Source of the DNA: Candidatus Magasanikiibacteriota bacterium
Lineage (GTDB): Bacteria > Patescibacteriota > Patescibacteriia > Magasanikbacterales > GWA2-37-8
DNA length: 64,000 nucleotides
Assembly (NCBI GenBank): GCA_017991415.1
Contig: JAGOQR010000003.1
Location: 44,279-108,278 of the forward strand
Reading direction: 5' to 3'
Part shown: positions 1 through 11,665 of the stretch, piece after piece
How the letters are laid out: the number at the start of each line of letters is the position of its first letter
How positions within the stretch are numbered: the first letter of the stretch is position 1
Notes under the pieces: model-generated
Told to the model about the DNA's origin: nothing
The model's database searches: none
Seen by the model: the letters and a program-made list of their open reading frames with translations, nothing else
Position numbers and translations under genes: made by a program

Positions 1-2843
1 GGCTTGTTCTTTGACAAGTCGAATCCATAACATTTACGACAAACTCCCTTTTGCATTTTACACTGTAAAATACTGCGGACTTTTACCGAATCAATCTTAT
101 GCTCATCTATGTAACGAGCAGTTTTGTCATCAATCGCTTCACCCTCTTTAACAATTACTTGATTACCAACCTTAATAGTTTCGAGTACATATCTACCCCA
201 GATACGATCGGATAATTTTTCACCCATTTCTTTGGATTGAGCAGCAGTGAATATCTCACCATTAGTATCACCACAATCGTCCTCAAAAACAATCACATCT
301 TGAGATACATCTACTAAACGACGAGTTAAATAACCGGCGTTAGCAGTACGAAGCGCAGTATCGGTCAAACCTTTTCTAGTACCGTGAGAGGAGATAAAGA
401 ATTCGAGCACTTCGAAACCTTCTTTAAAGTTACCTTTTACTGGCAACTCAATGGTGTCTCCAGATGGAGAGGCCACTAAACCTTTCATACCGATAACCTG
501 ACCAAGCTGACCCCAACTACCACGCGCACCAGAATCAATCATGGCAAATACTGGACCGTCTTTACGTAAAGTTTCTTGATTTTTAGCAACGATTCTTTCT
601 TTGGTTTCAGCCCAAATTTCCAAAATCTTAGCGTGACGTTCAGATTGAGTAAGCAAACCTTCTTGGTATTGCTCTTCTACCAACGCTACAATCTTATCTG
701 ACTCAACCAACATACCTGGTTTTTCCAAGATAGCTGGGAAGTCATCCATACCAAGAGAGTAGCCAGACTTAGTCACATAACGGTAACCAAGATTTTTAAG
801 TTCATCCAAGAAGAACGCAACTTCTTGCTGATCACTTAACAGCTCCAAACATAAACGAATAATGTACCCTAATTTTTTTACATTTATGGTTTCATTAAAA
901 TATGGAAGTTGTGGTGGCAAAATTTTGTTGAACAAAATTCTTCCTACAGAAGTTTCTACAATTGGACGAGTGCCTTCTGGGAAACGACCATTGTCTTGGA
1001 AACGAACTTTAACTCTATCTTGCAAGCCAATTACTCGAGAACGGTAGGCCAAAATAGTTTCTTGTTCTGAACTGAAATATTTTGTTACTTCTTTATTATC
1101 ATCTGTTTCATATCTCGTGAGATAATAACAACCGAGAGCAATATCCTGCTTAGGAGTAATTACTGGACTACCAGTAGCAGGCTTTAAAATATTTTTTTCT
1201 GCTGCCATAAGGTTGTCTGCTTCCCAACGAGCTTCAGCAGTAAGCGGTAAGTGCACAGCCATCTGGTCACCGTCGAAGTCGGCGTTAAAAGCGGTACAAA
1301 CAAGTGGATGCAACTGAATAGCCTTACCTTCAATAAGACGTGGGTGGAAGGCTTGAATACCTAAACGATGCAATGTTGGAGCACGATTTAAGAGCACACG
1401 AGTTTTTCTGGTCAAATCTTCTAGGATATCCCACACTTCATCGTGTTCAGCTTCTATATATTTGGAGGCACTACGTACATTGTGCGCTAATTCACGCTTA
1501 ATTACTTCACTCATGATAAACGGTTTGAAGAGTTCAAGCGCCATGCGTTTTGGCAAACCACATTCATCGATGTTTAAGTTTGGACCAACCACGATTACAG
1601 AACGACCAGAATAGTCTACACGTTTACCAAGTAAGTTTTGACGGAAACGACCTTGCTTACCTTTTAAGATGTCAGCAAGCGATCGCAATTGTCTCTTTTG
1701 ACCAGTAGAAGCAGTTACAGTTTTTGCTTGACGAGCATTATTATCTATCAAAGCATCAACGGCTTCTTGTAACATGCGTTTTTCATTGCGGCAGATAACT
1801 TCTGGAGCATCGAGCTCAAGCAAACGACGCAAACGATTGTTACGATTGATAACACGTCTATATAAATCATTTAAATCTGAAGTAGCAAAGCGGCCACCAT
1901 CAAGCGCCACCATTGGACGTAAATCTGGTGGAATAACTGGAATAGCTTGCATAACCATCCATTCTGGACGAATATCATTGAGGAAGAAGCTCTTCAAAAC
2001 TTTTTTGCGGCGAATAACTCGTTCTAATTTTGAACCTTTTATTTTTTGTTGTTCTTCTTCTAACTTTTTGATAGTGTCGCCCAAATTAATACGAGCTAAC
2101 AAATTTCTAATACCTTCGGCACCAATTGAAGCTTCGAATAAATGACCATATCGTAATGACAATTCCTGATATTTATTTTCAGAAACAATTCTCATTACTT
2201 GCAATTCTTTTAATTCTTTATCAGCTTGCTGGAAATCTTCGTCGAGTGCTTTGAATTTTCGATCTGTTTCTTCTTGAATTTTTTCTAAATCTTTGGCGCC
2301 TAGTTTTTTATCATTAGCACTCTTGAGTTGATCTTGGCCTTCTTTTTCAATTTGTTTTTTCTTGGTCTTGTATTCTTGGCGAAGCATTTCCGCAGTCTTT
2401 TTCTTTTCTTCTTCGTTAACATGGATAATAACAAAAGAAGCAAAGTACACTACTTTTTCCAAAGATTGAGCGGACAAATCGAGCACCAAACCAATCTTGG
2501 AAGGAACAGAGCGCAAGAACCAGATATGGGCTACAGGGGTAGAAAGATCAATATGACCCATACGCTCACGGCGAACAGAAGAATGAGTAACTTCTACACC
2601 ACATTTATCACAAACGATTCCTTTGTAACGAATTTTTTTATACTTACCACAATAGCACTCCCAATCTTTCACAGGTCCAAAAATTTCTTCGGCGAACAAA
2701 CCACCTTTTTCTGGTTTTTGAGTACGATAGTTAATCGTTTCTGGTTTGTTTACTTCACCATAAGACCAGCCTTTGATTACTTCGGGAGAGGCAAGTTTGA
2801 GGCGAATAGCATCAAAGTCTGCTGGGAAAATATTATCATTCAT
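1..2843 (-). CDS. rpoC: DNA-directed RNA polymerase subunit beta' (partial; the C-terminus runs off the window start)
   Basis: A continuous minus-strand reading frame starts at the ATG at 2843 (MNDNIFPADFDAIRLKLASPEVIKGWSYGEV...). It carries conserved beta' motifs (zinc-finger CYCGKYK...CDKCGVEV and NADFDGDQMAVH) and lies directly downstream of rpoB. It is not in the supplied ORF track, probably because it is truncated at the window edge. Confidence 0.9.
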   Translation of the reverse strand, partial: MNDNIFPADFDAIRLKLASPEVIKGWSYGEVNKPETINYRTQKPEKGGLFAEEIFGPVKDWECYCGKYKKIRYKGIVCDKCGVEVTHSSVRRERMGHIDLSTPVAHIWFLRSVPSKIGLVLDLSAQSLEKVVYFASFVIIHVNEEEKKKTAEMLRQEYKTKKKQIEKEGQDQLKSANDKKLGAKDLEKIQEETDRKFKALDEDFQQADKELKELQVMRIVSENKYQELSLRYGHLFEASIGAEGIRNLLARINLGDTIKKLEEEQQKIKGSKLERVIRRKKVLKSFFLNDIRPEWMVMQAIPVIPPDLRPMVALDGGRFATSDLNDLYRRVINRNNRLRRLLELDAPEVICRNEKRMLQEAVDALIDNNARQAKTVTASTGQKRQLRSLADILKGKQGRFRQNLLGKRVDYSGRSVIVVGPNLNIDECGLPKRMALELFKPFIMSEVIKRELAHNVRSASKYIEAEHDEVWDILEDLTRKTRVLLNRAPTLHRLGIQAFHPRLIEGKAIQLHPLVCTAFNADFDGDQMAVHLPLTAEARWEADNLMAAEKNILKPATGSPVITPKQDIALGCYYLTRYETDDNKEVTKYFSSEQETILAYRSRVIGLQDRVKVRFQDNGRFPEGTRPIVETSVGRILFNKILPPQLPYFNETINVKKLGYIIRLCLELLSDQQEVAFFLDELKNLGYRYVTKSGYSLGMDDFPAILEKPGMLVESDKIVALVEEQYQEGLLTQSERHAKILEIWAETKERIVAKNQETLRKDGPVFAMIDSGARGSWGQLGQVIGMKGLVASPSGDTIELPVKGNFKEGFEVLEFFISSHGTRKGLTDTALRTANAGYLTRRLVDVSQDVIVFEDDCGDTNGEIFTAAQSKEMGEKLSDRIWGRYVLETIKVGNQVIVKEGEAIDDKTARYIDEHKIDSVKVRSILQCKMQKGVCRKCYGFDLSKNK

Positions 2844-2872
2844 ATGATTTTGAAGATTAAATCAAATTAGAA

Positions 2873-5800
2873 TTATTTATCACTATTTTTTCCAGCAGCT
2901 GCTTCTGCTCTTTCTCCACTCTCCGACCTTGCGTCTATTTCTTGTTGTTTTTTAACTTCTTCTACCAATCTATACTCACCTGATTCTGATTTTTTGAGCA
3001 ATTCTACGTCTAAGCCCAAACCTTTAAGCTCTCGCACCAAAACATTGAAAGATTCTGGCAAGTTTACTTTACTAATTGGTTCACCTTTAATAATAGCTTC
3101 GTAAGCTTTGGAACGTCCTGGGACGTCATCGGATTTGATAGTTAATATTTCTTGCAAAGTATGGGCAGCACCATATGCTTCAAGTGCCCAAACTTCCATT
3201 TCACCGAATCTCTGTCCACCGAATTGAGCTTTACCACCAAGCGGCTGCTGGGTAATTAAACTGTATGGACCAGTAGATCTTTGGTGAATTTTATCCTCAA
3301 CCATGTGGTTAAGTTTTAACATGTAGTTATAACCAACAGTTACTTTGTGATCATAAGGCTCACCAGTTCGGCCATCAAATAAAGTAACTTGGCCACTTTC
3401 TGGCAGGCCAGCCTTCTTTAATTCTTCTTTAATTTGAGCTTCATTAATACCATTAAGTACTGGAGTTGCTACTTTATAACCCAACGCATTTGCAGCCAAA
3501 CCTAAGTGAGTTTCTAAGAGCTGACCTAAGTTCATACGAGAGATAACACCGAGTGGAGATAAAATAATATCAACCGGTGTACCATCTTCTAAGAAAGGCA
3601 TATCTTCAGCAGGAACAACTTTGGAAATAACACCTTTGTTTCCGTGACGACCAGCCATTTTATCACCAACCTGAACTTTTCTCATGTCAGCTACTCTTAC
3701 TTGCACCTGCTTGATAACACCAGGCTGCAACTTGTCACCATTTTCAGTAGAAAATACTTTGATACCAGTTACTCTTCCGTGCTCACCGTGTTCGAGATAT
3801 AAAGATGAGTCGCGAACGTCGCGAGCTTTTTCACCAAAGATGGCGCGAAGCAATCGTTCTTCGGCTGATAATTCAGTTTCACCTTTAGGAGTGATTTTAC
3901 CAACAAGAATATCTCCAGATTTTGCCTCTGCGCCAATACGGACAATACCTTCGCTATCCAAATTCTTTAATTTTTCTTCACTGACATTTGGAATATCAGC
4001 GGTAATAATTTCTGGACCTAACTTTGTTTCACGAACATCGATTGTATAATCTTCAATATGAATGGAAGTGAAATTATCTTTTTGTACTACACGCTCAGAA
4101 ACAATGATCGCATCTTCATAGTTATAACCATCCCATACCATATAGGCTACCAACATGTTTTGACCAAGTGACAGTTCACCATCTTTGATTCCAGGACCAT
4201 CAGTCAAACCTTGACCTTTTTTAACTTTTTCTCCCAATTTCACAATTGGAGTTTGATTAACACAGGTAGAGTGATTGGAACGAACAAACTTACTTAAGTA
4301 ATATGTATGTTTAACATCTTTTTTATCAGTTACCACAATATGATTACCGTCTACTTCGGTAACTTCACCATCAACTTCGGATAAAATTACATAACCAGAG
4401 TAATAGGCGGCGCTTGCTTCTGTACCAGTACCAACGAGCGGCTGTTGCGGACGAATACATGGCACAGCCTGCCTTTGCATGTTTGTACCCATGAGTGCGC
4501 GAGTCGCATCATCGTGTTCTAGGAACGGAATACAGGAAGTGGCGATACTAATAATTTGGTTGGAAGCCACATCAATATAATCAAGGTCGCTTGTTCTACC
4601 AACACCAGGGTTTCCGTGAATACGAGTTGGCACATTTTCTTCTAAGAAGTAACCATTCTCGTCTACTTTGGTAGTTGCTGCAGCTGTATTTACTCTTTCT
4701 TCTCTAAACGCATTGAGGTATACAATCTCATTAGTAACGCGAGCACGCACAGAAATATTTTTATTTTTTTCTTTAGCCAATTTTACAGCTATTTCTTTGG
4801 TGATTTTTGTACCAGCTTTTACGCCAGCCACTTCGTCTAATAAAATTTCACCTTCGGTAAACTTTGGATCATTAGGAACCTCTCGTAAAACTTTTCTATA
4901 TGGAGTTTCGATAAAACCAAATTCGTTTACGCGCGCAAAACTGGAAAGGTGGTTTACCAAACCGATATTTGGTCCTTCTGGAGTGGCAATCGGACAAATA
5001 CGACCGTAGTGAGTCGTATGTACGTCACGAACTTCAAAGCCTGCACGATCACGAGACAAACCTCCTGGACCCAAGGCACTTACACGGCGTTTGTGCTCAA
5101 GCTCGGACAACGGATTGGTTTGATCCATGAACTGTGATAACTGAGAACTCATGAAGAATTCACGAATAGCAGAGATTACTGGTCGAGCATTAATGAGTTT
5201 GTTTGGAGAGAGTGCTTCCATTTCTTGAGTACTCATTCTGTCTTTAACAATACGTTCCATACGAGCCAACCCTACGCGAAATCTGTTTTGTGCAAGCTCA
5301 CCTACAGCTCTAATACGACGATTACCAAGATGGTCAATATCATCTGGTTCTTCTTGGGTAACATTTAAACGTACAACTTCTTTAAGAACTGCTAATAATT
5401 TTTCTGGAGACAAAACTCGATTATCTTTTTTGTCATAATCTTCATTTTTGTATCCTAAATCAAATTTTGTATTGAATTTATAAACACCAACACGACCCAA
5501 ATCGTAACGGTCAAAGTTAAAAAACATGGCATAAATAAGACTCTTGGCATTGTCGGCAGTAGCCAAATCTCCAGGACGGATTCTTTTGTATACTTCAATA
5601 AGTCCTTCATCTTGATTTTTTGCAATATCTTTTTTAATGGTCGCATCGATATAATCGATACTTGGATGATTATTTACACCTTTAAATAAATCCAAGATTT
5701 TATCGTCTTCTTGAAAACCAAAGGCACGCAAGAGTGATGTAGCTGCCATCTTACGTTTACGATCTACCTTAATCCAGATAACATTATTCATGTCTGTTTC

Positions 5801-6316
5801 AATTTCGATCCAAGCACCGCGATTTGGGATAATTTTAGCACCATAGTATCTGCGGCCACGAATATTTTCTGCAGTAAAAAAAGCACCAGCACTACGAATA
5901 AGCTGGGAAACAACTACACGTTCGATACCATTAACAATAAAGGTACCACGGTGAGTCATCAGAGGAATATCGCCCAAATAAATTTCTTGTGATTTAGTTT
6001 GGTTTGTGCGTTTGTTGAGCAATCTAGCAGTAACGCGAAGCGGTGCTTCGAAAGTTAAATTTCTCTCGCGACAAACTACCTCGTCAAATTTAGGCTCATC
6101 TAAATAATAATTTTCTAGGTAAAGCTCCAGATCACGACCAGTAAAATCGGTCATTGGAGATACTTCTTCGAAAAGATCCTTAATACCAAATTTTAAAAAC
6201 CAATCATACGAACTTTTTTGCACATCAATAAGATCTGGCACTGGCATAGCATCGCGCACATTGGTAAAAAATTTGCGTTCAGCCGTCTTCAGTGCTTGGC
6301 GTTTAAATATGGGCAT
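2873..6316 (-). CDS. rpoB: DNA-directed RNA polymerase subunit beta
   Basis: 1147 aa ORF with rpoB hallmark segments ([27 protein letters not shown]; rifampicin-cluster region [30 protein letters not shown]). Canonical rpoB-rpoC order. Confidence 0.95.
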   Translation of the reverse strand: MPIFKRQALKTAERKFFTNVRDAMPVPDLIDVQKSSYDWFLKFGIKDLFEEVSPMTDFTGRDLELYLENYYLDEPKFDEVVCRERNLTFEAPLRVTARLLNKRTNQTKSQEIYLGDIPLMTHRGTFIVNGIERVVVSQLIRSAGAFFTAENIRGRRYYGAKIIPNRGAWIEIETDMNNVIWIKVDRKRKMAATSLLRAFGFQEDDKILDLFKGVNNHPSIDYIDATIKKDIAKNQDEGLIEVYKRIRPGDLATADNAKSLIYAMFFNFDRYDLGRVGVYKFNTKFDLGYKNEDYDKKDNRVLSPEKLLAVLKEVVRLNVTQEEPDDIDHLGNRRIRAVGELAQNRFRVGLARMERIVKDRMSTQEMEALSPNKLINARPVISAIREFFMSSQLSQFMDQTNPLSELEHKRRVSALGPGGLSRDRAGFEVRDVHTTHYGRICPIATPEGPNIGLVNHLSSFARVNEFGFIETPYRKVLREVPNDPKFTEGEILLDEVAGVKAGTKITKEIAVKLAKEKNKNISVRARVTNEIVYLNAFREERVNTAAATTKVDENGYFLEENVPTRIHGNPGVGRTSDLDYIDVASNQIISIATSCIPFLEHDDATRALMGTNMQRQAVPCIRPQQPLVGTGTEASAAYYSGYVILSEVDGEVTEVDGNHIVVTDKKDVKHTYYLSKFVRSNHSTCVNQTPIVKLGEKVKKGQGLTDGPGIKDGELSLGQNMLVAYMVWDGYNYEDAIIVSERVVQKDNFTSIHIEDYTIDVRETKLGPEIITADIPNVSEEKLKNLDSEGIVRIGAEAKSGDILVGKITPKGETELSAEERLLRAIFGEKARDVRDSSLYLEHGEHGRVTGIKVFSTENGDKLQPGVIKQVQVRVADMRKVQVGDKMAGRHGNKGVISKVVPAEDMPFLEDGTPVDIILSPLGVISRMNLGQLLETHLGLAANALGYKVATPVLNGINEAQIKEELKKAGLPESGQVTLFDGRTGEPYDHKVTVGYNYMLKLNHMVEDKIHQRSTGPYSLITQQPLGGKAQFGGQRFGEMEVWALEAYGAAHTLQEILTIKSDDVPGRSKAYEAIIKGEPISKVNLPESFNVLVRELKGLGLDVELLKKSESGEYRLVEEVKKQQEIDARSESGERAEAAAGKNSDK

Positions 6317-7310
6317 AGGAGTTAATTAAAACTTATTATTTTAAATTAATTTATAAAAAATTTTATATTCCCTGTCATCCTGATAAATCAAATCGCCTGA
6401 TTACAAACAAAAAATGGCGCCTTGAGGGCGTTAACTCTATTTTTTCTTAAAGCTTAGCTAATAAAAGCAAGGCGAGCATGTAAATTTATTTATTCCTTGC
6501 ACGACTTTGCAACCTTTTTGATACTAAGGCTGCTAAATTTGCGCTAATTTAAGGCAAAAACTTTTTCTCTCTCGTTGCAGAAGTTAAAAGTAACTAAATA
6601 TTACGCTAATTTTAAAGTATTGTCAAGGAAAAATTAAAAATGCTTGCTTGTCAAGATATTTCATAATTTTAGCTAAAATTAGCTAAATTAAAGAATTAAA
6701 GCTGAAACTTAAACAAAATTTTCTTCTTTTATCCACAGTTTATACCTAGAAATACCTCTTTTTACCGATTAAGCTAGAAAACCATCCCAAAATCATAGCC
6801 CGGCACCCCCCCCTACTCTCCGAAACAACCGAAGCTGCCCAGAATAGGCATGCTTACAAAATTTTTAATATTGGAGCCTGCTTAGTTTAATAATTTTTTA
6901 TTTGAAAAAGCCTAAAAAAATAATAGGTAAAATAGCTGGGCATTAAACTTGACAAATTATTTTTTAACTATAAAATATAAGCATAATTTTATTTAAAAAT
7001 TTTTCTTCACCAAGTTGCGCAAGAGTTGATGTCTCAACCGAATCGGATTTTTTAAACAAATCTCTCTCTTTTCTCTTGAACATTTTTTTGTTCAAAGAAA
7101 GTTTTCAAAATTAGATTCGCTAGTTAAAACATGCAACTCTTGTCGCAGCTTAATGCAGAAAAGTTCTTAGAGCCACCTTTAAACTTTAACAGATAAAGGT
7201 GGCTTTTTGTTTACGCATCTAATTTGTGATACAATATGGATGCGAAATATTGAAATACACCAGAAGCTCGCCTGACAGAATTCTATTCGATCAATTTCGA
7301 TACATTAAAT

Positions 7311-9623
7311 ATGGGTAGACACCGAACACGAAAGCTGACTTTTTCTGAACAAATAAATTTAAACCCTGATATTAGCCGGGGTCTTTTAGCTATTCTTTTA
7401 TTTATTCTTGGCGGTTTATCAGCTCTTAGTTTTTTTAATCTGGCTGGTCTGGCTGGTCAGTTTATCGATTCATTTCTTGCCATTACCTTTGGTCAGGTGC
7501 GCTATATATTCCCTATCATTGTCATCCTCGTCTCAATTCTCATTGTTCGTGATATGGAATACGAATACCGTGCCACACATTGGCTCGGATCAATTTTATT
7601 TATCTTGGGCTTTAATGGTCTCGTTCACCTCCAAAAACCAGCCGAGGAAATGTTTGCTGCTGCCATGCAGGGATACGGAGGCGGATTAGTTGGGTACGGT
7701 CCAGCTTGGCTGTTCAATAAATACATTGGCTATTGGGGTGCCACCATGTTGCTAGTCGCTTTTTTACTTGTTGGTATTATATTTTTATTTAACACTTCTC
7801 TTGCTCGCATTGTAGAACTTCATAAAAAATTTCTCCTACTTCTTGGTTGGTTCGGACAACAAATTATTAATTTTTTTGCTTCCTTTAAAAAAGGAAAAGA
7901 GGCTGTGGCTTTTAAAATAAAAGGTGACTACCAAGAAGGAACCGAGGAAGAAGATTTAGATGAAGATACCGAAGAAACAGAAGAGACTGAAGAAAAAAGA
8001 ATCTTTGAACAACGCGCTATCGCCAAAAAAGAATCGCAAGAAGAAGTTTTGGAAGACGAAAGCGAAGAGGAACAAAATGTACCTGATCAGGCAGGAAAAC
8101 TAGAGATGGTCAAACCACCCAAACCAATCATTCGTGATTTACCTCCTATTGATTTATTATACACATCAAAAAGTAAACCAACTTCTGGAGACATCAAAGG
8201 CAATGCCGCTATTATCCATGACACATTAGAAAATTTTGGCATCGAAGTTGACATGGGCGAAGTACGGGTTGGTCCAACAGTTACCCAATATTCCTTAAAG
8301 CCCGCTAAAGGCATCAAATTGACCCGTATTACTACCCTTGGCAACGACTTATCCCTCGCACTTGCTGCCCATCCTATTCGTATAGAAGCGCCTATTCCTG
8401 GTCAATCGCTTGTCGGTATCGAAGTTCCAAATCAAAAAGTAGCCATGGTAACACTACGAGAACTACTAGAAAGCCCAGAATTTAAAAATCCAGATGGCCA
8501 TAGCATGATGATAGCTCTTGGAAAAGACGTAGCTGGAAAAGTATGGTTTGGTGATTTACTTAAAATGCCTCACTTGCTTGTAGCTGGATCAACAGGTTCA
8601 GGAAAAACTGTTTGTATTAACACAATTATTTTAAGCTTACTCTATCAAAATACCGCTGCCACTCTACGCATGATAATGGTCGATCCAAAACGCGTAGAAC
8701 TTACGTTATACAACGGCATCCCTCACCTGCTCACACCTGTTATCACCGATGCAGCCAAAACAGTTAACGCATTAAAATGGACAATCGGTGAGATGGACAG
8801 ACGCTTTACTGTTCTAGCCGATGCTGGCAAAAGAGATATTGGCTCTTACAATAAATCTGCTGCGGAACCAATGCCCTATATAGTATTTGTCATCGACGAA
8901 CTTGCCGACCTTATGGCCATGGCAGCCAGCGAAGTTGAAGCTGGAATTATTCGTCTTGCTCAAATGGCTCGTGCAGTTGGTATCCATTTAATTGTTGCAA
9001 CCCAAAGACCAAGTGTCGAAGTAATCACCGGCCTCATGAAAGCAAATATCCCCGCTCGCATTGCTTTTTCAGTCGCATCGCTGGTTGACTCACGCACCAT
9101 CTTGGATTCTTCTGGTGCAGAAAAATTACTTGGACGCGGCGATATGTTATTTTTAACTGCCGACCTCTCCAAACCAAAACGCTTGCAAGGCGCATTTGTT
9201 TCTGAAGAAGAAATGAAACGAGTTATCGACAATTTAAAAGGAGATGAGCCACCAGTCTATGACGATTCTATTACATCTAAAAACAGCGGCTCAAACGGAG
9301 GCACAGCCAATATGTTTGGTGGAAGTAGCAGTGACTTTGACCCTCTCTTTGATGAGGCCAAAAAAGTAATTATTGAATCTGGCAAAGCCAGTGCCTCTCT
9401 ACTACAAAGACGCATGAAAGTTGGTTATGCACGAGCAGCACGGCTCTTGGACGAACTTGAAGAAGCTGGTATAGTAGGACCTGCTGATGGCGCCAAACCA
9501 CGCGAACTGTTTACCGAACATATGCGACCTTCCGAATCAGATGATATTCCAGAAGAAAAACAAACACTTGATGCTGGTGGAGCCCCTGTTTTCACCGATC
9601 CAAATGAAGAAAATACTCAATAA
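7311..9623 (+). CDS. ftsK: DNA translocase FtsK/SpoIIIE (N-terminal membrane domain, acidic linker, C-terminal motor and gamma domain)
   Basis: 770 aa. N-terminal TM helices, a Glu/Asp-rich low-complexity linker, Walker A GSTGSGKTV, and the typical MVDPKRVEL and VIDELADLM FtsK motor motifs. Confidence 0.9.
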   Translation: MGRHRTRKLTFSEQINLNPDISRGLLAILLFILGGLSALSFFNLAGLAGQFIDSFLAITFGQVRYIFPIIVILVSILIVRDMEYEYRATHWLGSILFILGFNGLVHLQKPAEEMFAAAMQGYGGGLVGYGPAWLFNKYIGYWGATMLLVAFLLVGIIFLFNTSLARIVELHKKFLLLLGWFGQQIINFFASFKKGKEAVAFKIKGDYQEGTEEEDLDEDTEETEETEEKRIFEQRAIAKKESQEEVLEDESEEEQNVPDQAGKLEMVKPPKPIIRDLPPIDLLYTSKSKPTSGDIKGNAAIIHDTLENFGIEVDMGEVRVGPTVTQYSLKPAKGIKLTRITTLGNDLSLALAAHPIRIEAPIPGQSLVGIEVPNQKVAMVTLRELLESPEFKNPDGHSMMIALGKDVAGKVWFGDLLKMPHLLVAGSTGSGKTVCINTIILSLLYQNTAATLRMIMVDPKRVELTLYNGIPHLLTPVITDAAKTVNALKWTIGEMDRRFTVLADAGKRDIGSYNKSAAEPMPYIVFVIDELADLMAMAASEVEAGIIRLAQMARAVGIHLIVATQRPSVEVITGLMKANIPARIAFSVASLVDSRTILDSSGAEKLLGRGDMLFLTADLSKPKRLQGAFVSEEEMKRVIDNLKGDEPPVYDDSITSKNSGSNGGTANMFGGSSSDFDPLFDEAKKVIIESGKASASLLQRRMKVGYARAARLLDELEEAGIVGPADGAKPRELFTEHMRPSESDDIPEEKQTLDAGGAPVFTDPNEENTQ

Positions 9624-9726
9624 GCAGTAGACAATCTCAACCACTCTCAACCTCTCCTGCTTTGCACTATACTGACAAAATTTTATTTAAAATTTAAGAC
9701 GTATAGTTTAAACTTATTACATAACC

Positions 9727-10428
9727 ATGGCCATCTTTTGTCTCAAAAATTTAGAGCCCCTCACTCGAGTTGGCGAACGCCTAAAAAAAGCACGCGAACA
9801 ACAAAATCTCAGTTTGGAATATATTTTTAATAAAACAAGAATTCCTTTAAAATATTTAGAGGCCATTGAATCTGCTCGCTTTCAGGAATTACCTCAAGCA
9901 AAAGCACATCGCCTGGCATATGTGCGTGAATACGCAGAAATATTACACTTAAACCCAGCCAGTGTTCTCTATCAATTTTCTCAGGAATCAGACCTTAACA
10001 ACTATACTCCTGTTCACCCAAAACGCTCTCTTAGATTGTGGCCTTTTAATTCCCTACCTAACATCTTTAGACAAGTTGCAGTCGGCGCCCTCCTTCTTGG
10101 TTTTGTTGGCTACCTAATCTGGCAAGTACGGGGCGTGCTCCAACCACCAAAATTATATGTATATACCCCGGCTGACGGATTTATCTCAAACAAACTTGGC
10201 GCACTTGTCCAAGGAGAAACAGAAAAAGAGGTTCGTCTTATGGTAAACGGTAAGGAGGCCATGCTTAACAACCAAGGTAAATTTGAACTGCCAATCGACT
10301 TGTCAAATGGAGTAAATACTATTACTATATCAGCTATCAAAAAGCATGGTAAAACTACCACGGTAACCAGACATGTTATCGTCAAATCAAATGCCCTCAC
10401 GGTAGAAAACATAGAAAGGGGTTTCTAA
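9727..10428 (+). CDS. RodZ-like cytoskeletal protein (N-terminal XRE-type HTH, single TM, C-terminal periplasmic domain)
   Basis: 233 aa. N-terminal HTH (GERLKKAREQQNLSLEYIFNKTRIPLKYLEAIE), a central hydrophobic helix (VAVGALLLGFVGYLIW) and a C-terminal beta-rich domain. The architecture matches RodZ; the assignment is by pattern only. Confidence 0.45.
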   Translation: MAIFCLKNLEPLTRVGERLKKAREQQNLSLEYIFNKTRIPLKYLEAIESARFQELPQAKAHRLAYVREYAEILHLNPASVLYQFSQESDLNNYTPVHPKRSLRLWPFNSLPNIFRQVAVGALLLGFVGYLIWQVRGVLQPPKLYVYTPADGFISNKLGALVQGETEKEVRLMVNGKEAMLNNQGKFELPIDLSNGVNTITISAIKKHGKTTTVTRHVIVKSNALTVENIERGF

Positions 10429-10542
10429 CAACTTCTAAGTCCTAGGTTGTAATAAAAAATAAAGAATTATTTTCAAATGAGCAAAGCTCACAAAAATCCC
10501 GCTCAATGATTCTTGATTTTTAATTATTAATTTTTAGTTAGT

Positions 10543-11607
10543 ATGCCCAAAGTATCCGAGGAGGTAAAGGAGAAATTGAAAGCTGCCGAAAGCGCTATAG
10601 AACAGATTAAAAGTAAATTTGGCGATGGGGCTATCATGAAATTTGGCGAGTCAAAAACCATGGAAGTAGATGCTGTGCCTACCGGATGCTTATCTCTTGA
10701 TATTGCACTCGGAGTTGGCGGAGTACCTCGTGGACGTATTATAGAAATTTACGGACCAGAAGCGAGTGGTAAAACCACATTAGCTCAACACATCGTGGCT
10801 GAAGTACAAAAAATTGGAGGTATCGCAGCCTTTGTTGATGCCGAGCATGCTCTTGATCCAGATTATGCCAAAAAAATTGGCGTAAAAGTAGACGAACTAC
10901 TAATTTCTCAACCAGACACTGGTGAACAAGCACTCGAAATCGTTGAGACACTTGTACGATCTAATGCAGTAGATGTAATTGTAATCGACTCAGTGGCTGC
11001 ACTAGTACCAAAAGCAGAAATCGAAGGTGATATGGGAGATTCGCACATGGGTCTTCAAGCTCGCCTTATGAGTCAGGCATTACGCAAATTAACTGGTATT
11101 ATCAGCAAATCAAAAACAGTGGTAATTTTTATCAACCAGATCAGAATGAAAATCGGTATTGTCTTTGGTAACCCAGAAACAACAACAGGCGGTAATGCTC
11201 TTAAATTTTACTCCTCCCTTCGCATAGAAGTACGACGAGCTGCTCAAATCAAACAGGGCGATAAAATTATCGGCAACCGCGTAAAGACTAAAATAGTAAA
11301 AAATAAAGTTGCCCCACCTTTCCGCACCTGCGAATTTGATATCATGTATAACGAAGGTATTTCAGTTTCTGGTGATGTTCTTGATAACGGTGTAATTTAT
11401 AAAGTAATCCATAAATCTGGAAACTCCTATAGTTATGGAGAAGAAAAATTAGGAGTTGGTAGAGAAACTGCTAAAAAGTTTTTGAGAGATAATCCAAAAC
11501 TAATGAAAGCTATTTCCAAAGATATTTGGGAAGTTGTAGAAAAGGGCGAAGCTCCAGAAGAAGAAGCTCCGAGCGAAGACGAAGTCCCGCCGCCAACAGA
11601 AGAATAA
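10543..11607 (+). CDS. recA: Recombinase RecA
   Basis: 354 aa with Walker [12 protein letters not shown], recA signature regions ([21 protein letters not shown] and [10 protein letters not shown]) and an acidic C-terminal tail. Confidence 0.95.
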   Translation: MPKVSEEVKEKLKAAESAIEQIKSKFGDGAIMKFGESKTMEVDAVPTGCLSLDIALGVGGVPRGRIIEIYGPEASGKTTLAQHIVAEVQKIGGIAAFVDAEHALDPDYAKKIGVKVDELLISQPDTGEQALEIVETLVRSNAVDVIVIDSVAALVPKAEIEGDMGDSHMGLQARLMSQALRKLTGIISKSKTVVIFINQIRMKIGIVFGNPETTTGGNALKFYSSLRIEVRRAAQIKQGDKIIGNRVKTKIVKNKVAPPFRTCEFDIMYNEGISVSGDVLDNGVIYKVIHKSGNSYSYGEEKLGVGRETAKKFLRDNPKLMKAISKDIWEVVEKGEAPEEEAPSEDEVPPPTEE

Positions 11608-11623
11608 ATTATAATCACCAAAT

Positions 11624-11656
11624 AAAAAACAGCCGTAGATACGGCTGTTTTTTATT
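11624..11656. terminator. Bidirectional rho-independent terminator between convergent recA and the P-type ATPase
   Basis: Hairpin cagccgta/gat/acggctg flanked by an A-run upstream and a T-run downstream. Confidence 0.6.
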
Positions 11657-11665
11657 TAACTAAAC

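Noticed and set aside
862-2870. Plus-strand ORFs 862-1047, 1774-2145 and 2328-2870 listed in the ORF track
   Set aside because: They lie antisense within the rpoC coding region (minus strand, continuous frame from 2843 to the window edge). They have no motifs and are low-complexity antisense translations.
3684-5137. Plus-strand ORFs inside rpoB (3684-4049, 4668-5009, 4949-5137) and the many short antisense ORFs inside other long genes
   Set aside because: They are antisense to well-supported conserved genes, with no RBS or motif support.
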